This document shows, one piece after another, positions 59,786-64,000 of a stretch of 64,000 nucleotides of DNA. How positions within the stretch are numbered: the first letter of the stretch is position 1; each line of letters starts with the position of its first letter. The notes below the pieces were generated by a model. That model was given only the letters and a program-made list of their open reading frames with translations, was not told the DNA's origin and did not search any database. A program made the translations under genes and the position numbers. The stretch is from a virus: positions 1 to 64,000 of the IMG/VR virus record IMGVR_UViG_3300046056_000003; one strand, given 5' to 3'.

Positions 59786-60130
59786 TTAGTTGGAGATCTC
59801 GTCTTGAAGATCTTCGATCTCTCCCTGCACCTTGTCCAGCGTGCGATTTACGTCCTTGATGTCGTTCCTCATAGGGGTGAACATCTCCATCTTGGATTCT
59901 ACCATCTGCATCAGTCCGAGCATTTTCTGGAGATGGTCGTAGTGGCGCTGCTCTAGCTTCCGATTCTTCTTCCACAAGAGGTAAGCTATGGCCCCAAGGA
60001 CGAAGATCAGAGCACCGTACGCAGCCCCGGAATAGGGATCAACTTTGAGCGCCTTTTCCGCTAACTTGGTGCTCTGAAGCAGAAGGAACACACGCAGACC
60101 TGTCGGCAGAAGAGTACTGGAAAACAACAA
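59786..60130 (-). CDS. single-pass membrane protein with C-terminal coiled coil, up to 114 aa
   Basis: The TM span is AAYGALIFVLGAIAYLLW, followed by KKNRKLEQ... The start is uncertain: TTG at 60130, with no early ATG. Confidence 0.45.
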   Translation of the reverse strand: MLFSSTLLPTGLRVFLLLQSTKLAEKALKVDPYSGAAYGALIFVLGAIAYLLWKKNRKLEQRHYDHLQKMLGLMQMVESKMEMFTPMRNDIKDVNRTLDKVQGEIEDLQDEISN

Positions 60131-60140
60131 ACCCCCCGCC

Positions 60141-60167
60141 CCCCTGGGTGTGACCAGGACCCAGGGG
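60141..60167 (-). terminator. hairpin CCCCTGGGT-N9-ACCCAGGGG directly after the capsid-candidate gene
   Basis: 9-bp perfect stem. On the minus strand it is followed by GGCGGGGGGTTTGTTGTTTT. This would fit a partial terminator after a highly expressed gene. Confidence 0.45.
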
Positions 60168-60185
60168 GAATCGGAGGAACAGGAC

Positions 60186-61100
60186 TTAGAAGTTGACGCC
60201 CTGGTTTTCGAAGAAGGAGTTCAGGTGCGTGAAGTCGTTGGACGTCTCCAGGGCCAGCTTGATGTCCTGGAACTTATTGGCCGGATTGATGGCCTCATCG
60301 TAGTTGGTTTCCACCCGAAGGGTGATGAGGTTGTAGTCTCCATCCGGGTCCGCAAAAACCTTTGGATCCGGTTGGCGACCAAGAATGCCGTCATCCACCT
60401 GCGTCCGCCCGAGGATGCCGAAGACGTTCTCTTCCATCTCCACGACCTGTGCCCCAGTACCACTTCCGGGGGTGGGATCGGTATCCCGCGTGACCGTCGC
60501 TTCGAGGTCCCCAAGGATGGCAACGTGGAAGATATCCCCGACGTTGTCGGCTTCGAGAACGAGATTGTCACTGCCGTTCACGGAGGCAGTAACGTCGACG
60601 TCGCCCTCGCCGTTGACTCCATCTTCCAGCTCGTTGATCCGATCACGGAAGCGTTCAGAGATGTCGGCCTTCGTCATCGAGGAGTCGGCCTGGAAGGTGA
60701 TGCTCTGCCGATCATACGGATACGTGTTCTGCTTCACCGAGGAGATCTTGATGCCGACGACCGTCTCTTCGTCAACCGTCTCCGGGGCCACAATCGTCTT
60801 CTGAAGCGAGGGGGCCTGGTAGGAAAGAGAACTGACCTCCGTCTCTCCGGCGACAAAGGGATTGGTTCGGCGGGGAGCCTCTCCCTCTTCGGTTCCAAGA
60901 ACCGCGATAATGCGGCCCTGGTCCTCGAACTTCGCGTTGTTGGTGTCGTTGAGATTAATCGAGTTGCCACCGGAAGTGGCCGGGAAGAAGGCAAGAACGC
61001 CTTCGGGAACGTCGGAAGGCGTTTCATAGTCGCCGTTTCCATCTGGACCACCGATCTCTCCGGCTGCGTCGTTGTGCGTAAGGACTGTGTTCAAAGCCAT
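60186..61100 (-). CDS. abundant virion structural protein, major capsid protein candidate, 304 aa
   Basis: The ATG abuts a leader motif copy and a hairpin lies directly downstream. The composition is Asp/Gly/Thr/Asn-rich, and the perfectly antisense 321-aa ORF is Arg/Leu/Val-rich shadow. No capsid fold can be verified by eye. Confidence 0.6.
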   Translation of the reverse strand: MALNTVLTHNDAAGEIGGPDGNGDYETPSDVPEGVLAFFPATSGGNSINLNDTNNAKFEDQGRIIAVLGTEEGEAPRRTNPFVAGETEVSSLSYQAPSLQKTIVAPETVDEETVVGIKISSVKQNTYPYDRQSITFQADSSMTKADISERFRDRINELEDGVNGEGDVDVTASVNGSDNLVLEADNVGDIFHVAILGDLEATVTRDTDPTPGSGTGAQVVEMEENVFGILGRTQVDDGILGRQPDPKVFADPDGDYNLITLRVETNYDEAINPANKFQDIKLALETSNDFTHLNSFFENQGVNF

Positions 61101-61119
61101 GGTGACTGCTGGTAAAGGG
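61101..61119 (-). promoter_or_regulatory. conserved leader motif copy (minus strand CCCTTTACCAGCAGTCACC-ATG)
   Basis: It occupies the 21-nt spacer between the stop at 61122 and the ATG at 61100. Confidence 0.45.
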
Positions 61120-61121
61120 AG

Positions 61122-61877
61122 TTATTCGTCTGATGGTGAACGCTGCGGCCTTTTCTGGAGGAAGAGGCGTACAGCGCGGTTCACAAGCTCTCGATGTAGA
61201 TCATCGGGAAGCTCGCTTGTCTGCCCAGTCCCCTCGATAGTGATCCTCTTAGGAGACCGGATATAGTTGATGATAATGCGATCCACTATGAACTCGCTTG
61301 TGGTATAGACATTTATCCGATCATTGTTTAGATCGGAAAGTGGCCTATGATGCACAGGTTCGTGGAATGGATCGGTTGCCATTGAATACAACCGCTGTCC
61401 CTGCGTCATCTTCAGCGGGACCGTCTTTTCATCGTAGCTTTGGCTCGGGGCTGCTATGCGTTTATCGTAGTCCGTTTCCTCGTAGGTCGCGGTGGTAATG
61501 TCCCACGTAAAGTCTTCTCTGCGCCCGTTCTTGAAGTCCGTAGAGACGTGGAGGACACCTCTCGCGCTTACCAGATGGAGGTAGTCGGACGGCAGGAAGG
61601 TTTCATCGGACTCAATCCCCTTTACGGCGGACTCGACGCCCCCGTAGATGGTCTCGGTCTCACAGTCTTGCCTGTAGAATACGCGAAGGTCGTCGATCAG
61701 GTCTTGGGACTGCTCGAACCCCTGCACCGACGTCCGCTTTCCCGCAAACTTGTCCTTGACGAAGTTCTCCTGGGCCCGATTCAGGAAATACAGGATATCC
61801 TTGGTCTCCACCCGTGGAGCGCGGTCCCCCTGGTGAATTTCCGTCTGGAAGGCCCGAATAAGCTCGTGAGCGTTCAT
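61122..61877 (-). CDS. hypothetical virion protein, 251 aa (paralogue of the next gene)
   Basis: It shares ILYFLNRAQENFVKDKF with LDYYINRAIRNFVNKNR. It also shares the C-terminal ELPDDLHRELVNRAVRLFLQKRP with DLPEETHQRIIDMTVMLLKRDLP. Confidence 0.6.
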   Translation of the reverse strand: MNAHELIRAFQTEIHQGDRAPRVETKDILYFLNRAQENFVKDKFAGKRTSVQGFEQSQDLIDDLRVFYRQDCETETIYGGVESAVKGIESDETFLPSDYLHLVSARGVLHVSTDFKNGRREDFTWDITTATYEETDYDKRIAAPSQSYDEKTVPLKMTQGQRLYSMATDPFHEPVHHRPLSDLNNDRINVYTTSEFIVDRIIINYIRSPKRITIEGTGQTSELPDDLHRELVNRAVRLFLQKRPQRSPSDE

Positions 61878-62821
61878 TACTCGTCACCCTCTTGGTTTTT
61901 GTCGGAGGACGCTTGAGGGAGATCCCTCTTCAGAAGCATCACGGTCATGTCGATGATCCGCTGATGCGTCTCTTCGGGAAGGTCTAGGGTCTGTGGCTGC
62001 TTCCCTACCGTCTTGTTCAAGGTTGCGCTGGGATCGGTGGGCACATCTACCCCAATGTCTGAGGCCGAAAGGTGGCTGTTGTACCCGGAAAGAAGAACGG
62101 TGTCCGGAGAGGAGCTTCCGACCACCAGTCCGGTCTCGTTGTAGACCTTTTGCCCCTTTTCGTCTATGAACTTCTGGACGCTCTTTTCGGCGGTGCTGTC
62201 CCAGACCAGGGTGTAGGCAGTGCCGTCGATCAGAATGTCGGAGTCGTTGGATCCAGTGCCGCTTCCCACCTCGATCTCCACTGTCATCTCCGAGGATACA
62301 GGCTGGAAGGTTTTCAGGTACGTCAGCATGAACGCTTCCGGGTCCTGCATCATGTCCGCTGCACGGATGACCCAGAGGTACCCGTCCTTTTCCGTGATTG
62401 GAGGACGCCGGAAATGCGGTTTGTTGTAGGTCGTCTGAGCGTGTTCGAGAAAGGCGTCCGTGGTCATCTTCCGGCAGTTGGCCTTGTAGTCATCCCCCAT
62501 CAGGCGGCCAGCGATGAAGTACTCGTAGTCGGGGACAAGGGAGAGGTCCATCCTGTGGCCTCTCTCTACGCCCGTTAGGGAACTGATGTCAATCTGATCA
62601 AAGTGGTGGACTCCGATCAGCGTCCGGAGGTTGTCGTGGGCCTCCTCCGCCTGGGCATTCGAGCGCTCTTCCCGGATGATGGGCCTATTCTTGTTGACGA
62701 AGTTCCGGATGGCCCGATTGATGTAGTAGTCCAGCTCCTCCGCAAGGAAGTTGTCCAGCGTCTGCGCGGCCACAGACTGAAACTGGGTCCGGACCCCTCT
62801 ATGGAGCTTTCGTACGGTCAT
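61877..62821 (-). CDS. hypothetical virion protein, 314 aa (paralogue with an inserted beta-rich domain)
   Basis: It has a 1-nt overlap with the downstream paralogue. The extra segment is VEIEVGSGTGSNDSDILIDGTAYTLVWDST... Confidence 0.6.
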   Translation of the reverse strand: MTVRKLHRGVRTQFQSVAAQTLDNFLAEELDYYINRAIRNFVNKNRPIIREERSNAQAEEAHDNLRTLIGVHHFDQIDISSLTGVERGHRMDLSLVPDYEYFIAGRLMGDDYKANCRKMTTDAFLEHAQTTYNKPHFRRPPITEKDGYLWVIRAADMMQDPEAFMLTYLKTFQPVSSEMTVEIEVGSGTGSNDSDILIDGTAYTLVWDSTAEKSVQKFIDEKGQKVYNETGLVVGSSSPDTVLLSGYNSHLSASDIGVDVPTDPSATLNKTVGKQPQTLDLPEETHQRIIDMTVMLLKRDLPQASSDKNQEGDE

Positions 62822-62847
62822 AGCCTCTCAGACACATTTCTGTTATA

Positions 62848-62866
62848 GCGCGTGCGTGTGCGCGTG
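62848..62866. repeat. 19-nt perfect alternating purine-pyrimidine tract (GCGCGTGCGTGTGCGCGTG)
   Basis: It lies in the 52-nt spacer between late genes. Its reverse complement contains the 13-mer GCACACGCACGCG, which also occurs at 14924-14936 next to the iteron/AT-rich region. Confidence 0.7.
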
Positions 62867-62873
62867 AAAAGAT

Positions 62874-63104
62874 TTACTCGCCGCTTCCGCTGTTCGCGCT
62901 GTCAATCGCTAGGACCACCGCAGAAACGAGCACCGCAAAGGAGATGGCGGCGATGAAAAGAGACTCTACGGTGCCGTCAGCGCCCTTGCTAACGAAGAAC
63001 GACAGGACTGCCGCCCAGCAAAGCACGCCGCCAACGTTGATCCACCCATTGGGGGTCAGTTCACCGAGATTCAGGCGGTCGAGAATGCTACTTGAGGTTG
63101 CCAT
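62874..63104 (-). CDS. small two-span membrane protein, 76 aa
   Basis: The hydrophobic spans are WINVGGVLCWAAVLSFFV and LFIAAISFAVLVSAVVLAI. ATG start. Confidence 0.55.
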   Translation of the reverse strand: MATSSSILDRLNLGELTPNGWINVGGVLCWAAVLSFFVSKGADGTVESLFIAAISFAVLVSAVVLAIDSANSGSGE

Positions 63105-63166
63105 GTTGAGTTCTGCTTGCTTTGGATAAAAGACAAGTGTTCAGGTAAAAGCAGTGCCTGTTGGAG

Positions 63167-63979
63167 TTACCGCTTTGCTTCCTCCAGCTTGGCACGGAGG
63201 GTGTTCACGTCGGAGCTGTTGCGCTTATTCTTGAACCACGCCACCGCCTCCTCCATCGTGGCCCCGATCACCTCGTCCATGTACATGATCTGGTTGCCGA
63301 CCTTACGGAGAATCTCGTGCTCCAGCATTTGGAGGATTTCGGCTTGGTGCTCCAGGTCCTCGTCCTGGGCGGTCTTGATGAACTTCTTGGGGTCGTTGCT
63401 GAGGACGGTATCAAGCTGATTTTCCTTCTGTGCGTCGGTCATTTTCTCCGGGCGCTGCTGGGTAAGGACGCGGATCATGAGATCCATCTTGTCCTCGTCC
63501 TCCTTCATTTTCGCAAACTCGGTGTAGGCCTGCGTGCGGAGTTGCACTTTCTGGTTCTCCTTCTTCTCCACGCGCTCGGGGTCGTGAATCCAATAGTCCT
63601 TGTTGGGGTCGGATTCGGCCTCTTCTTTGCTGTCGGCCACCAGGGGGTGCTTCTGCGCCCACTGAAAGGTGATCCAGTCATTGAGATTGATCGGTTCCCC
63701 GTTGTTTTCGCCGACCTCCAGGCGAAGACCACCGGAGGGAATTTTGTGGCTCTTTTCGGCCCAAAACTGCTGGACCTTCTCTCCAAACTCGCGGTGATCG
63801 GGGGACACGCCGATGATGTGCGGTAGATACTCCTTCTCTTCGGCGAAACTGAGGCCGGAGAGGGGCCGCTGGTTGTCGAGAACGGAAGACAGCTTTTTGG
63901 TCGCTTCCGAGAGAATTGCAGGCGGAAGGTGCGAGTTTCGATTCTCAACCCGCATGATACTAATCTCGTGAGACGGCAT
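63167..63979 (-). CDS. hypothetical helical acidic protein, 270 aa (head-assembly region)
   Basis: ATG start. The central and C-terminal parts are highly charged and helical, and the gene lies upstream of the capsid-candidate genes. Function is not recognisable. Confidence 0.55.
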   Translation of the reverse strand: MPSHEISIMRVENRNSHLPPAILSEATKKLSSVLDNQRPLSGLSFAEEKEYLPHIIGVSPDHREFGEKVQQFWAEKSHKIPSGGLRLEVGENNGEPINLNDWITFQWAQKHPLVADSKEEAESDPNKDYWIHDPERVEKKENQKVQLRTQAYTEFAKMKEDEDKMDLMIRVLTQQRPEKMTDAQKENQLDTVLSNDPKKFIKTAQDEDLEHQAEILQMLEHEILRKVGNQIMYMDEVIGATMEEAVAWFKNKRNSSDVNTLRAKLEEAKR

Positions 63980-64000
63980 GATAGTAAGTTCTTTTGTGAG

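Noticed and set aside
59784-59975. The long form of the cupin ORF starting at 59975.
   Set aside because: It would overlap the upstream membrane-protein gene by 190 nt and has Arg/Gly/Ser-rich composition. The ATG at 59783 sits 2 nt after that gene's stop.
60150-61115. A 321-aa + strand ORF almost exactly co-extensive with the capsid-candidate gene.
   Set aside because: It has Arg/Leu/Val/Gly-rich shadow composition. The minus-strand frame has the leader motif, the downstream hairpin and the operon context.

Overview
This window reads as one contiguous piece of a large tailed-phage genome, not a bacterial chromosome. It has three parts.

(1) 1-19.3 kb, mostly + strand, carries early, nucleotide-metabolism and accessory genes:
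- the 3' end of ung, an rIIA/rIIB pair, mazG, and a class II (B12-type) ribonucleotide reductase;
- a basic, signal-peptide-bearing beta-barrel-like gene flanked by 18-bp direct repeats;
- eleven tightly packed small orphan genes.

Embedded in this part on the minus strand is a plasmid-type maintenance cassette. It has a Rep_3-like initiator, six 21-22 bp iterons next to an AT-rich tract, and a ParA plus ribbon-helix-helix partner. Nearby lie a stand-alone LexA/UmuD-like (S24-like) ORF, a tRNA-Asn(GTT), and a complete tmRNA. The tmRNA reading frame is unusually long (39 codons), very acidic, and ends ALAALG rather than ALAA.

(2) A strong + strand intrinsic terminator at 19397-19439 marks the module boundary.

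(3) 19.4-64 kb is a single minus-strand late operon with podovirus-like order:
- capsid-proximal genes;
- an accessory island (cupin, metallophosphoesterase, PAS-like, small membrane proteins);
- a 1698-aa FN3/SprB-repeat/lectin-like fibre, and an Amidase_2 lysin;
- a 1626-aa T7 gp12-like nozzle protein;
- a ~20 kb train of five putative internal/ejected proteins. One is a 2534-aa protein with an RNAP double-psi beta-barrel signature (RIPYQG...SDFDVD), as in crAss-type virion RNA polymerases, plus a C-terminal HExxH motif.

Most proteins are strongly acidic, and the fibre carries Bacteroidota-type SprB-like repeats, so a halophilic Bacteroidota/Rhodothermota host is a reasonable inference. A G-poor leader motif (CCCTTTACCAACAG..AACCAGCA) recurs directly 5' of start codons on both strands. 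Late genes are chained by 1-nt or 4-nt stop/start overlaps.

No integrase, CRISPR array, rRNA or transposase was seen. All family assignments come from reading motifs by eye, not from database searches.
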